DNA of 64,000 nt from an uncultured Porphyromonadaceae bacterium (GCA_937891845.1 CALATP010000053.1:3709-67708), one strand, 5' to 3'; counted from the first letter of the stretch, positions 43,368 to 53,743 are shown. Numbers and translations: made by a program. Notes: generated from the letters alone by a model not told the origin.

Positions 43368-44591
43368 ATGCGGCTGGCATTGCGCATTGCTTCACGCTAT
43401 CTCTTCTCCAAGAAGTCACACTCCGCCATCAACATCATATCCATCATATCGGTGTGCGGGGTGTCTCTCATTACAGCCGCTCTTATATGCACACTTTCGG
43501 TATATAACGGATTTTCACAACTTATAAGTTCGTTATTATCCGACATACAACCTGAGATAAAGATTCTACCGGTTTCAGGAAAGACAATAGATGGCACACT
43601 GCAAGTGTGGGATGAAATAGCCAATTGGGATGAAATCGATTACCTCACACCCATCATAGAGGAGACTGCATTGGCTGTTTACGACCGTCAAGTACCGGTT
43701 ATTGTCAAGGGAGTTCCCGACGATTACAACACCGGCATACCATTGTCCAACACAATTGTTTCGGGCGAGTATATTCTGCGCGACAATATCACATCATACG
43801 CCATTATAGGTGCCGGTGTAGGTGTACGAATAGAAGCCGGCAGCAACTATTCTCGTCCTATCGAGCTATATGCACCACGACGACAAGGACGTGTAAACAT
43901 AGCCAATCCGGCCAACTCCTTTACATCACAACACTTCTATGTATCGGCCGTATTTTTTACCAATCAGGCTCAACTCGATGACAATGTAGTGTATATACCA
44001 CTCGATGATGCTCGCACTCTCTTCGACTATCCCACCGAGGCTAGTTACATAGAATTAAGCACGACCGACAAAGCTTCGTCTCAACACATCATCGACAAGT
44101 TGCAAGCACGTCTGGGCAATGAATATATCATTCAAGACCGACTGATGCAAAACGGGGAGTCATTCCGTTGGATACAAATAGAAAAGTGGATAACATTCCT
44201 TATATTGGCATTTATTCTACTTATTGCCACATTCAACATTGTAGGCTCTCTTTCGATGCTCATTGTCGATAAACAGGACGACATCGCCACCTTGCGCAAA
44301 TTGGGAGCTGATGACAACCTCATTACTCGTATTTTTATGACCGAAGGCTGGCTCATATCTATGATAGGTGCTATGTCGGGACTTATCATTGGTGTGACAC
44401 TCTGTTGGTTGCAACAACACTTCGGGCTACTCCGACTGGGTAGTTCCGATGCATTCATTGTCGAAGCCTATCCTGTACAACTACGTTGGGGCGACACGCT
44501 CATTGTTACAGCCGTGGTATTACTTCTTGGAGCATTAACTGCAACATATCCCGCACGTATCCTGCGTAGCAAATTGGAAAAGAAAGCATAA
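43368..44591 (+). CDS. FtsX-like ABC transporter permease (LolE-like)
   Basis: N-terminal TM, large periplasmic loop and three C-terminal TMs. LRKLGA.. motif. The position downstream of rbfA is common in Bacteroidota. Confidence 0.85.
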   Translation: MRLALRIASRYLFSKKSHSAINIISIISVCGVSLITAALICTLSVYNGFSQLISSLLSDIQPEIKILPVSGKTIDGTLQVWDEIANWDEIDYLTPIIEETALAVYDRQVPVIVKGVPDDYNTGIPLSNTIVSGEYILRDNITSYAIIGAGVGVRIEAGSNYSRPIELYAPRRQGRVNIANPANSFTSQHFYVSAVFFTNQAQLDDNVVYIPLDDARTLFDYPTEASYIELSTTDKASSQHIIDKLQARLGNEYIIQDRLMQNGESFRWIQIEKWITFLILAFILLIATFNIVGSLSMLIVDKQDDIATLRKLGADDNLITRIFMTEGWLISMIGAMSGLIIGVTLCWLQQHFGLLRLGSSDAFIVEAYPVQLRWGDTLIVTAVVLLLGALTATYPARILRSKLEKKA

Positions 44592-44901
44592 CCGACTTTT
44601 TTATTCTTCCACAAAAGCAACTGCTACATTTTTACTGAATGCCGATATATTACACAACTGCATCCCAATAATACATTGGTACTACTTTTATCGATATACA
44701 CAAGACATCGATTGAGTCAATGATTTTATACTGTAAAATGTGACAAACAACCTGATTTTATCCCATCTTCAACCACACTCTATTTACCACAAGAAGTATA
44801 TATCGGCTTAAATATTGTGTGTAAAAAACAAAAAAATCGCCCATTCGTATGGTTATCGAAAAAAACTTATGTATATTTGAAGGTTGATAACCTTAACACG
44901 T

Positions 44902-45885
44902 ATGAAACACATCTTGTTACCCGACAATACCCCACGTAGGTTGGTCTTCTATCTGGCGATGGAAGAGTATGTAGCGCGCCATCTCGACGAAAAAGAGTGT
45001 TTCTTTATGTGGCAAGTTGCACCCACTGTTATTTTCGGGCGCAATCAAGTTCTTGAAACCGAAGTCAATCTCCCATACTGCCAAGAGCACAACATCGCAA
45101 TTTTCCGTCGCAAAAGTGGCGGTGGATGCGTATACTCCGATATGGGTAATATTATGATGTCATACATCAAGCAAGGTGACTCGGTAGGTTTTATCTTCGA
45201 TAGTTATATGCGTCGTATTGCCTTCATTATGCAGCGAGCAGGCATCGCTGCAGAAGTATCGGGTCGAAACGATATTCTCGTCGATGGGCACAAGGTGTCG
45301 GGCAATGCTTTTTATCAACTGCCGGGCAAGAGTATTGTACACGGCACAATGCTGTTTGACACCAACTTCGACCACTTGGAAATGGCCATCACCCCATCGG
45401 GCAATAAGTTGCGTAGCAAAGGAGTTGCTTCGGCACGACAACGTGTCACCAACCTATGTGAGCACACCACAATGAGCATCGATGAGTTTAAACAATATGT
45501 AATAAGCAACCTATGTGACAGTGAGCGCACACTCACCTATGACGAAATTGCTGCTATCGAAGCCATAGAACGCACCTACCTTGACGAGGACTTTATTTAC
45601 GGTCGCAATCCACGATACAGCTATGACAGCGGATTACAACACACAGATGCCGGAGATGTAGGAGTAGAGATAGAATTGCGACACCGTAATATAGACCACA
45701 TTAAGCTCAAAGGCGATTTCTTTACATTGCACGACTATACCGATGAGTTAAACAATCGTCTGCGTGGAGTAAAATTCACTCGTAACGATGTAGAAAACGC
45801 CCTTGCCGATTGGGCGGCTGATGAATACATCAAGAACCTCTCAACGAAAAAATTGATAGAAATAATATTTATAGAAACTAACTAA
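44902..45885 (+). CDS. lplA: lipoate--protein ligase A
   Basis: RRKSGGGCVYSD and HKVSGNAF motifs. ATG at 44902 is preferred over the TTG at 44884. Confidence 0.85.
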   Translation: MKHILLPDNTPRRLVFYLAMEEYVARHLDEKECFFMWQVAPTVIFGRNQVLETEVNLPYCQEHNIAIFRRKSGGGCVYSDMGNIMMSYIKQGDSVGFIFDSYMRRIAFIMQRAGIAAEVSGRNDILVDGHKVSGNAFYQLPGKSIVHGTMLFDTNFDHLEMAITPSGNKLRSKGVASARQRVTNLCEHTTMSIDEFKQYVISNLCDSERTLTYDEIAAIEAIERTYLDEDFIYGRNPRYSYDSGLQHTDAGDVGVEIELRHRNIDHIKLKGDFFTLHDYTDELNNRLRGVKFTRNDVENALADWAADEYIKNLSTKKLIEIIFIETN

Positions 45886-45897
45886 TACCAAGAAATT

Positions 45898-46998
45898 ATG
45901 GACAATCTATTGAAAACCTGTCTTTATGACAAACACGTTGCTCTCAAAGCACAAATGAGCCCCTTTGCAGGCTATATGATGCCTATACAATACACCTCTA
46001 TCGTCGAGGAGCATCAAGCTGTGCGCAACAATGTGGGTATGTTTGACGTATCACATATGGGAGAAATATATATATCGGGACCCGATGCCGAGAAATTTGT
46101 AAACTATGTTTTCTCTAACCAAGTAGCCAATATGCCCGTAGGAAAGGTATTGTATGGTTTTATGCTCTATCCTACCGGTGGCGTTGTTGATGACTTGCTG
46201 GTATATCGTATGCAAGCCGAGAACACATTCCTTTTTGTTGTCAATGCCTCAAACATAGCCAAAGACTATCAATGGGTATATGAACAAAGCAAGGGTTTCG
46301 ATGTAAAAGTAGAAAATGCGTCGGACGAAATAGGCCAAATTGCCTTACAAGGCCCCAAAGCCGAGGAAGTAGCAGTACATTTGTTAGGCTTACCCGTTGC
46401 CGACCTCGAGTTCTACACATTTAAAGAGCTCACCTACAACGGTCACTATCTCATTGCCAGCCGCACCGGTTACACAGGAGAAGACGGATATGAGTTCTAT
46501 GCCGACCACGCTACTATCATAGCTTTGTGGGATAAACTTTACAACGAAGGTAATGTAGCAGCTTGCGGTCTTGGTTGCCGCGACACATTGCGCTTTGAAG
46601 CAGGTTTGCCCCTTTATGGTCACGAAATAGATGTAGACATCACTCCCGTAGAAGCCGGCTTGAGTATGTTTGTAAAACTTGACAAAGAGTGCGACTTCTT
46701 GGGCAAAGAGGCTTGCGCACGTCAAAAAGCCGAAGGCGTAACTCGCAAATCGGTAGGTATCGAACTGCACGACAAGGCCATACCTCGTGCCGATTATGAT
46801 GTAGAGGTTGACGGCCAAGTAGTAGGTCGCGTAACAACCGGTTACCGTTCTATCTCGGCCGACAAGAGCGTATGTGTTGCTCTCGTACAGAAAGAGTATG
46901 CCGCTATGGGTAGCGAGGTAGAAGTTCGCATCCGCAAAAAAACATTCAAAGGCACAATATGCAAACGTCGTTTCTACGAAGCCAAATACAAAAAATAA
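45898..46998 (+). CDS. gcvT: glycine cleavage system aminomethyltransferase (T protein)
   Basis: FAGYMMPIQY, MFDVSHMGE, TGYTGEDGYE motifs. Confidence 0.95.
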   Translation: MDNLLKTCLYDKHVALKAQMSPFAGYMMPIQYTSIVEEHQAVRNNVGMFDVSHMGEIYISGPDAEKFVNYVFSNQVANMPVGKVLYGFMLYPTGGVVDDLLVYRMQAENTFLFVVNASNIAKDYQWVYEQSKGFDVKVENASDEIGQIALQGPKAEEVAVHLLGLPVADLEFYTFKELTYNGHYLIASRTGYTGEDGYEFYADHATIIALWDKLYNEGNVAACGLGCRDTLRFEAGLPLYGHEIDVDITPVEAGLSMFVKLDKECDFLGKEACARQKAEGVTRKSVGIELHDKAIPRADYDVEVDGQVVGRVTTGYRSISADKSVCVALVQKEYAAMGSEVEVRIRKKTFKGTICKRRFYEAKYKK

Positions 46999-47044
46999 TA
47001 ACACAATAATAAAAATTATCTAACTTTAAAAAAACAGAAATATT

Positions 47045-47431
47045 ATGAGCACAGTATTGAACGGTCTGTATTACAGCGAATCACACGAATGGGTAAAAGT
47101 TGAAGGCAATGTTGCTATCGTAGGTATCACCGACTATGCCCAACACGCATTGGGTAGCATCGTATATGTAGATATGCCCGAGGTTGATGACGAAGTAGCT
47201 AAAGAAGAGGACTTCGGTGCAGTAGAAAGCACCAAAGCTGCCAGCGACCTTATTTCGCCCGTAAGCGGTACAGTAGTTGAAATAAACGAGGCTCTCGAAG
47301 ATAACCCCGAACTTATCAACGAAAACGCATTTGAGAACTGGATTATGAAAGTAGAAATGAGCGACGCTAGCGAACTCGAAAGTTTGATGGACGCTGCTGC
47401 TTATGAAGCTTTCTGCGCTAACGAACATTAA
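47045..47431 (+). CDS. gcvH: glycine cleavage system H protein
   Basis: HEWVK.., lipoyl-lysine motif VESTKAASDLISPVSG. Confidence 0.95.
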   Translation: MSTVLNGLYYSESHEWVKVEGNVAIVGITDYAQHALGSIVYVDMPEVDDEVAKEEDFGAVESTKAASDLISPVSGTVVEINEALEDNPELINENAFENWIMKVEMSDASELESLMDAAAYEAFCANEH

Positions 47432-47443
47432 TCGGATAGGACT

Positions 47444-48772
47444 ATGAGTTTTGCCTATTTTCCCCATACCGAGGAAGATATACAGGCGATGTTGGAACGT
47501 ATCGGCATAAAGTCTCTCGAAGACCTCTATGCCGATATTCCACAAGAAGTTATCTTCTCGGACGACAAAGAGTATGAACTTCCTTCGGCTTATAGCGAGG
47601 AGGAAATACGTCGCCGCTTTGCCGAGTTGGAGAGTCGCAATCGCAACCTCACTGTATTTGCAGGTGCCGGTGCATACGACCACTATGCTCCCTCGGTAAT
47701 CCCCTACTTGTTGCAACGTTCTGAGTTTATTACCGCATACACTCCCTACCAAGCTGAGATTTCGCAAGGTACATTGCGTTACATCTTTGAATTCCAAAGT
47801 ATGATTGCAGCCCTTACTGGTATGGATTGCAGCAACGCATCGATGTATGACGGCCCCACTGCGGCTGCTGAGGCTGTAATGATGGCATTGGCATCGACTC
47901 GTAAGAAAACTCGCGTGTTGGTTTCGGCAACATTACCCGAAAATGCACGTCACGTAATAGATACTTATGCCAAGTATCGTGGCATCAATATTACTACTGT
48001 ACCTCACAAAGACGGTACAACTTCACTCGATGCAGTTAAAGCAGAGTTGGCAGCCGGTGATGTAGCCGGATTGTTGGCTCCCGCTGTAAACAAATATGGT
48101 ATCATTGAAGACTTTACCGGCTTTGCCGACACAATGCACGAACAAAAGGCACTCTTTATGGTATATGCCGATCCTTCGGCTCTTGCAGTCATAAAGACTC
48201 CCGGTGAATGGAATGCCGACATTGCTTGTGGTGATGGTCAGACATTGGGTATGCCGATGAACTTTGGCGGTCCATACGTAGGTTTCTTGGCCTGCAAGAA
48301 AGAGCACGTACGCAAATTGCCCGGACGTATAGTAGGTGCTACTCGTGACGTTGATGGCAAACGAGCTTTCGTTCTCACATTGCAAGCCCGCGAACAACAC
48401 ATACGTCGTGAGAAAGCCACCAGCAACATCTGTTCAAACCAATCGCTTATGGCATTGTACGTAACCATCTACTTGGCTCTTATGGGTCCCAAAGGCCTCA
48501 AGGAAGTCAATGAAATGTGTTATGGCGGTGCTCACGAACTATACAATCGTCTCATTGCAACCGGTAAGTTTACACCCGTGTTTGACAAGCCTTTCTTGAA
48601 AGAGTTTGTTCTCAAAACCTCATTGCCCGTCAACAAGTTGCAAGAGGCATTGCTCAAAGAAGGTATCTTCGGAGCATTACAAACCGAAGAGGGATACGTA
48701 TCGTTCTGTGTAACAGAGCGTCGCACACCTCAAGAAGTAGACCATTTAATCAATGTCATTAATACACTGTAA
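47444..48772 (+). CDS. gcvPA: glycine dehydrogenase (decarboxylating) subunit 1
   Basis: 442 aa; AYTPYQAEISQGTL motif; split P-protein N-terminal half. Confidence 0.95.
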   Translation: MSFAYFPHTEEDIQAMLERIGIKSLEDLYADIPQEVIFSDDKEYELPSAYSEEEIRRRFAELESRNRNLTVFAGAGAYDHYAPSVIPYLLQRSEFITAYTPYQAEISQGTLRYIFEFQSMIAALTGMDCSNASMYDGPTAAAEAVMMALASTRKKTRVLVSATLPENARHVIDTYAKYRGINITTVPHKDGTTSLDAVKAELAAGDVAGLLAPAVNKYGIIEDFTGFADTMHEQKALFMVYADPSALAVIKTPGEWNADIACGDGQTLGMPMNFGGPYVGFLACKKEHVRKLPGRIVGATRDVDGKRAFVLTLQAREQHIRREKATSNICSNQSLMALYVTIYLALMGPKGLKEVNEMCYGGAHELYNRLIATGKFTPVFDKPFLKEFVLKTSLPVNKLQEALLKEGIFGALQTEEGYVSFCVTERRTPQEVDHLINVINTL

Positions 48773-48775
48773 GTT

Positions 48776-50242
48776 ATGAAATACTACGATAAATTAGTTT
48801 TCGAATTATCGAAAGAGGGACGTATAGGTTATACACTACCTCGCAACTTATGGACACAGAGCACTAGTGACATTCCCGAGGGTTTGCGTCGTACTACCGA
48901 CACCGGTCTGCCTCAAGTAGACGAACTAGGCGTTGTGCGCCATTATACCAACTTATCTAATATGAACTTTGGTGTTGACACCGGATTCTATCCTCTTGGT
49001 AGCTGTACAATGAAGTACAACCCCAAAATCAATGAGGAAATGGCCGGTCTCAACAGCTTCAAGAACCTTCACCCTCTGCAACCCGCAGAGACTACTCAAG
49101 GTGCATTGGAACTCTACTACGAATTGAACCGCTCACTTGCCACTATCACTGGTATGGCCGAGTGTACACTCAATCCATTTGCCGGAGCACACGGAGAGTT
49201 GACAGGTTTGATGATTATGCGTCAATATCACCTACTACGTGGTGATACAAAACGCACCAAAGTAATTGTTCCCGACAGTGCGCACGGTACCAATCCCGCC
49301 AGTGCTGCCGTATGCGGCCTTGATGTTGTTGAGGTAAAATCTCGCCCCGATGGTACTATCGATATAGAGTCTTTGCGCTCGGTACTCGATGACACCATTG
49401 CCGGTATTATGATGACCAACCCCAATACACTGGGTCTGTTTGAAACTCGCATTCTCGAAATAGCCAAGATGGTACACGATTGTGGTGGTTTGCTATACTA
49501 CGATGGTGCCAATATGAACCCCCTATTGGGTCGTTGTCGTCCCGGTGATATGGGATTTGACATCCTACACCTCAACTTGCACAAGACATTCTCTACACCT
49601 CACGGTGGTGGAGGCCCCGGTGCAGGAGCAGTAGGTGTGGCAGCTCACCTTACAGAATATTTGCCCAATCCTCGCGTTATCCGCACTGCCGACGGTCGTT
49701 ATGAGGCCGTACAAGGTAAAGACGCAATAGGTCAAATTTCAGGCTTTTTGGGCAACTATGCCGTTTTGCAACGTGCATACACCTATATTTTGGCTCTCGG
49801 CAAAGAGAATATCCGCTATGCAGGTCCGTTGGCAACACTCAATGCCAATTATATCAAGGAAGAGTTGAAAGGCGACTACAAGCTGCCTATCGACACCTTG
49901 TGCAAACACGAGTTTGTATTTGACGGATTGGCCGACACCTCAACCGGTGTGACAACACTCGACATAGCCAAGCGTCTGCTTGACTACGGTTACCACGCAC
50001 CCACAATCTACTTCCCGTTGTTGTTCCATCAATCTATAATGATAGAACCCACCGAGACCGAATCGCTAGAGACTATCACCGAGTTTATAGCCATAATGAA
50101 GAAGATTGCCGAGGAGGCTCGCACAATGCCCGAAGAGTTGAAGACAGCACCCCACAACACACCGGTGCGTCGTCTCGACGAGACAACTGCAGCCAAGAAT
50201 CCTATCCTCACTTATACCGAGTTGAAAAACCAAGCCGAATAA
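48776..50242 (+). CDS. gcvPB: glycine dehydrogenase (decarboxylating) subunit 2
   Basis: 488 aa; HLNLHKTFSTPHGGGGPG PLP-lysine motif. Confidence 0.95.
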   Translation: MKYYDKLVFELSKEGRIGYTLPRNLWTQSTSDIPEGLRRTTDTGLPQVDELGVVRHYTNLSNMNFGVDTGFYPLGSCTMKYNPKINEEMAGLNSFKNLHPLQPAETTQGALELYYELNRSLATITGMAECTLNPFAGAHGELTGLMIMRQYHLLRGDTKRTKVIVPDSAHGTNPASAAVCGLDVVEVKSRPDGTIDIESLRSVLDDTIAGIMMTNPNTLGLFETRILEIAKMVHDCGGLLYYDGANMNPLLGRCRPGDMGFDILHLNLHKTFSTPHGGGGPGAGAVGVAAHLTEYLPNPRVIRTADGRYEAVQGKDAIGQISGFLGNYAVLQRAYTYILALGKENIRYAGPLATLNANYIKEELKGDYKLPIDTLCKHEFVFDGLADTSTGVTTLDIAKRLLDYGYHAPTIYFPLLFHQSIMIEPTETESLETITEFIAIMKKIAEEARTMPEELKTAPHNTPVRRLDETTAAKNPILTYTELKNQAE

Positions 50243-50246
50243 TTCT

Positions 50247-51596
50247 ATGCACACACCTCTTATCATAATAGGAGCCGGCCCCGGTGGTTACGAAACCGCT
50301 GTGCTGGCAGCGCAAAGAGGAATAGAAGTTGTTCTCATTGAGGCAAACGCCATTGGCGGTACTTGCCTCAATGAGGGCTGCATTCCCACCAAATCATTCT
50401 GCAAGAATGCTCAAGTCATCAACGACTTGAAAGAAGCCGAACTATACGGAGTGGAAAATGTAAGCTACAACTTCAACTTTGCAGCCGTTACCGAGCGTAA
50501 AAATCGCATCGTCGAGCAACTCAAACAAGGCGTGGGAACTCTTTTGAGCAACAAGCTCATACACCTTGTAGAAGGCAAAGCTCAATTTGTTGATGCACAC
50601 ACCGTAGAAGTGAACGGAGAACAATACAGTGCCGACAACATCATTATCGCCACCGGTTCGGTAAGTAAGTTCCTCCCCATCGAAGGCGCACATCTTCCCG
50701 GTGTACTCACCTCAAAGGAGATGCTTGAACTCACCGAGATACCTCGCCGTTTGTGTGTTATAGGTGCCGGTGTTATAGGATTGGAATTTGCATCTATCTT
50801 CAACAGTTTTGGCAGTGAAGTAACTGTAGTTGAATTCTGCAAGGAAGTACTGCCTCGTTTCGATACCGATATAGCCAAACGACTGAAACAGAGTCTCTCA
50901 AAAAGAGGCATCGAAATTCTCACCCAGACAGGTGTTACCGCCATCAAACAAGAGGGTGAAGAGATGGTCGTATCATACTCTCGCAAAGGCAAAGAGGAGA
51001 GCATCACTGTCGATCGCGTACTGATGGCCGTAGGGCGTCGTGCCAACACCGACTCGCTCAATCTCGCCGATGTGGGCATCGAATTTAGCCCGGCCGGTAT
51101 CAAGGTAAATGATATGATGCAAACCAACATTCCTCACATCTACGCTATCGGTGATGTGATAGGTGGCATTATGTTGGCTCACGCTGCCACCTGGCACGGC
51201 ATACGCGCCCTCAACCACATCTGTGGTAATGACAATGACGGAATACGTCTAGATGTCATTCCGGCAGCAGTCTTCACTGTTCCCGAAGTAGCTACAGTGG
51301 GTATTACCGAGGATGAATGTAAAGATAAAGGTATTGCATACCGTTGTGGCAAGGCTTTCTTCCGCGCCAATGGCAAGGCTCTCTGTATGAACGAGCCTGA
51401 TGGATTATGCAAAGTGATAGCCGATGCCGATGGCAAACTGCTAGGTTGCCATCTGTATGGCCCTCACGCAGCCGACTTGGTACAAGAAGTATGCGCTCTA
51501 ATCTCGACAGGTGCTACTGTCGACCAACTACAACGCATCATCCACACTCACCCCACTCTTGGTGAAGTGATACAAACAGCAGCACATAGTATGTAA
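50247..51596 (+). CDS. lpdA: dihydrolipoyl dehydrogenase (L protein/E3)
   Basis: IIGAGPGGY, GGTCLNEGCIPTK redox disulfide, HTHPTLGE. Confidence 0.9.
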   Translation: MHTPLIIIGAGPGGYETAVLAAQRGIEVVLIEANAIGGTCLNEGCIPTKSFCKNAQVINDLKEAELYGVENVSYNFNFAAVTERKNRIVEQLKQGVGTLLSNKLIHLVEGKAQFVDAHTVEVNGEQYSADNIIIATGSVSKFLPIEGAHLPGVLTSKEMLELTEIPRRLCVIGAGVIGLEFASIFNSFGSEVTVVEFCKEVLPRFDTDIAKRLKQSLSKRGIEILTQTGVTAIKQEGEEMVVSYSRKGKEESITVDRVLMAVGRRANTDSLNLADVGIEFSPAGIKVNDMMQTNIPHIYAIGDVIGGIMLAHAATWHGIRALNHICGNDNDGIRLDVIPAAVFTVPEVATVGITEDECKDKGIAYRCGKAFFRANGKALCMNEPDGLCKVIADADGKLLGCHLYGPHAADLVQEVCALISTGATVDQLQRIIHTHPTLGEVIQTAAHSM

Positions 51597-51623
51597 CGTG
51601 CGCTTGCTGCACCATACCACTCT

Positions 51624-51663
51624 ATGAGGGTGTATCAAAAAACTCTTTTTGATGCACCCTCAT
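51624..51663. terminator. long hairpin after lpdA (terminator-like, no clear T-run)
   Basis: ~18-bp stem ATGAGGGTGTATCAAAAA / TTTTTGATGCACCCTCAT with one G-U pair. Confidence 0.5.
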
Positions 51664-51806
51664 TAGGTCTACGAATATCGACAAGAGACAAGCTATTGAT
51701 ATTAGAGAAACAAAAGATGCGCTAGTTATCCAACATAAATATATCGACACTGATGCTTGTTGATTATGCACGACATAATTATATCATCTACATCAAATAT
51801 GAAACA

Positions 51807-52097
51807 ATGGAACAAGGTATAATATACGAAATATGCGGATATGTTGCCAGTATCGGTATGATACTTGGTTATCTGCCACAAGCTGTTCGCACCGTACGCA
51901 CACGCAAAACCGACGATATTGCGCTCCCAACATTTATAATGATGGCTATAGGTGCTTTCTGTTTTATGTTGCAAGGACTGTTACACAAGCCCGACATTAT
52001 TTGGTCTTTATTTCTGACCAACCTCATTACGACTATTTGCAGCACTATTATCTTCAGTATCAAGTTGTACAACGACTTCTTCAAAAAGAAAAGATAA
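51807..52097 (+). CDS. PQ-loop/SemiSWEET-like small transporter
   Basis: ~96 aa with 3 TMs and ..ILGYLPQAVRTVRTRKTDDI.. (PQ motif). Start taken at MEQGIIYE (51807) rather than 51753. Confidence 0.6.
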   Translation: MEQGIIYEICGYVASIGMILGYLPQAVRTVRTRKTDDIALPTFIMMAIGAFCFMLQGLLHKPDIIWSLFLTNLITTICSTIIFSIKLYNDFFKKKR

Positions 52098-52206
52098 GAG
52101 GTTTATTGCAACCTTCATACAGCACATTGTGGTATCGACCAACCGACACAAACATTCTTCATTGTCAGTTGTTATAGAAAAGAATTATAACAAAAATCAA
52201 TAGACA

Positions 52207-52782
52207 ATGAAAAACATTCACGGTACTGTTACAGAACAAAATCTACTCAAAGCATTTGCCGGAGAGTCACAAGCCCGCAATCGCTACAACCTCTTTGCCG
52301 AGGTAGCCAAAAAAGAAGGTTACGAACAAATTATGAGCATCTTTGCCGAGACTGCCGAACAAGAGTACGCTCACGCTTCTCGATTCTTCAAGTTTCTGGA
52401 CGGAGGGATGTTGAGCATTACAGCCGAATATCCGGCCGGTCGCATAGGCACGACTACCGAAAACCTCCTAGAAGCTGCTGAAGGCGAAAAACTTGAATGG
52501 AGTTCACTATACTTCGACTTTGAGCAGACTGCCATTGATGAGGGCTTTAAAGATATAGCTGTTGCCTTCAAGAAAATAGCAGAAGTTGAATCTTTCCACG
52601 AATGGCGATACCGACGTATGCTCAAACGTCTGGAAGAGGGTACAATGTTTTTACGCCCCAACATCATTATCTGGCAATGTCGCAACTGCGGTTATCTGTT
52701 TGAAGGAACAAAAGCCCCCGGCATATGTCCCGCCTGCCTTGCCGAAAGAGCCTACTTCGAACCCAAACGCGAAAACTACTAA
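52207..52782 (+). CDS. rbr: rubrerythrin
   Basis: Ferritin-like diiron motifs (E..EY.H) plus C-terminal rubredoxin CRNCG...CPAC; 191 aa. Confidence 0.9.
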   Translation: MKNIHGTVTEQNLLKAFAGESQARNRYNLFAEVAKKEGYEQIMSIFAETAEQEYAHASRFFKFLDGGMLSITAEYPAGRIGTTTENLLEAAEGEKLEWSSLYFDFEQTAIDEGFKDIAVAFKKIAEVESFHEWRYRRMLKRLEEGTMFLRPNIIIWQCRNCGYLFEGTKAPGICPACLAERAYFEPKRENY

Positions 52783-52928
52783 TTGTAGAGCTATAAAGCG
52801 GCCGATACTACCATAATAACTATTGCATCCACCTTCCTCTCTCATATCTGCAACCATAATACGATATAAAACATTGACTATATTCGGCTCACACTGCAAA
52901 ACATCAATGTGAGTTCTATATATTTCGT

Positions 52929-53032
52929 TCGTTTGCTACTATATTTGAGTAGAACCTCCAATATATACTGCACTCGCTGTGAAAAATATTGGAGTAAACT
53001 TCTTATTTCTCGCTCGTTTGTTACTATATTTG
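52929..53032 (+). promoter_or_regulatory. duplicated promoter-like box flanking a 9-bp inverted repeat upstream of mtnN-luxS
   Basis: TCGTTTGCTACTATATTTG (52929-52947) and TCGTTTGTTACTATATTTG (53014-53032), each containing TATATTTG. Inverted repeat CTCCAATAT (52956-52964) / ATATTGGAG (52986-52994). Confidence 0.5.
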
Positions 53033-53056
53033 CATATACATAACACAAACCGCAAT

Positions 53057-53743
53057 ATGAAAATAGGAATTATCGTAGCAATGCAAGAAGAACTATCGTG
53101 TGTCGAAGGTATGTTGAACAACAAAACCACCATAACAGCCGATAGTGGCAACTTATACATCACCGGCACAACCGGCCAACACCACATTATACTCTCACAA
53201 TGTGGCATTGGCAAGGTCAATGCAGCGGTACGTGCATTTGAACTTATTGACAAATATCAGCCCGATATTGTCATCAATACCGGTGTAGCCGGTGGTATAG
53301 ACCCCGAAACCCGCGTAATGGATATGATAATAGGTACTTCGGTAGTATACCACGATGTGTGGTGCGGAGAGGGAAACGAATATGGACAAGTGCAAGGACT
53401 GCCGGCACAATTTGAGGCCGACAAAGAGTTGGTAACAAAAGTTCTATCGGCCAACAGCGGCAAACGGGTATATGGCGGACTCATTTGCAGTGGTGATAAG
53501 TTTATTACCGACCGGACAGAGTTGGAAGCCATAAAGAAACAATTCCCCCAAGGTATGGCTTGCGATATGGAAAGCGGTGCCATTGCCCAAGTGTGCCACA
53601 TATGTCACAAGCCTTTTGTATCGATGCGTATTATTAGCGACACACCGGGTGTAGAAGACCATTGGGAACAGTACACCGACTTTTGGAAGGCGGCACCTCA
53701 ACAATCATTTGCCATTCTGCGCAATACAATAGAAAATCTTTAA
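53057..53743 (+). CDS. mtnN: 5'-methylthioadenosine/S-adenosylhomocysteine nucleosidase
   Basis: MKIGIIVAMQEE, GVAGG, DMESGAIAQV. ATG at 53057; the ORF-track GTG at 52979 is an upstream extension. Confidence 0.9.
   Translation: MKIGIIVAMQEELSCVEGMLNNKTTITADSGNLYITGTTGQHHIILSQCGIGKVNAAVRAFELIDKYQPDIVINTGVAGGIDPETRVMDMIIGTSVVYHDVWCGEGNEYGQVQGLPAQFEADKELVTKVLSANSGKRVYGGLICSGDKFITDRTELEAIKKQFPQGMACDMESGAIAQVCHICHKPFVSMRIISDTPGVEDHWEQYTDFWKAAPQQSFAILRNTIENL

Noticed and set aside
44592-44901. Possible glycine riboswitch upstream of the glycine-cleavage operon.
   Set aside because: The ~300-nt leader lacks the conserved GGAGAG...CACCGAAGGGGCAA-type cores of glycine aptamers. No tandem aptamer-like structure was seen by eye.
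46390-47797. Long antisense ORFs (204 aa at 46390-47004 and 238 aa at 47081-47797, minus strand) opposite gcvT/gcvH/gcvPA.
   Set aside because: They lie fully inside or opposite genes with unmistakable motifs. Their products are low-complexity with no recognisable features. They are typical shadow ORFs.
52783-53056. Possible SAM/SAH riboswitch upstream of mtnN-luxS.
   Set aside because: Only a 9-bp hairpin and duplicated promoter boxes are present. Nothing resembles SAH or SAM aptamer cores.
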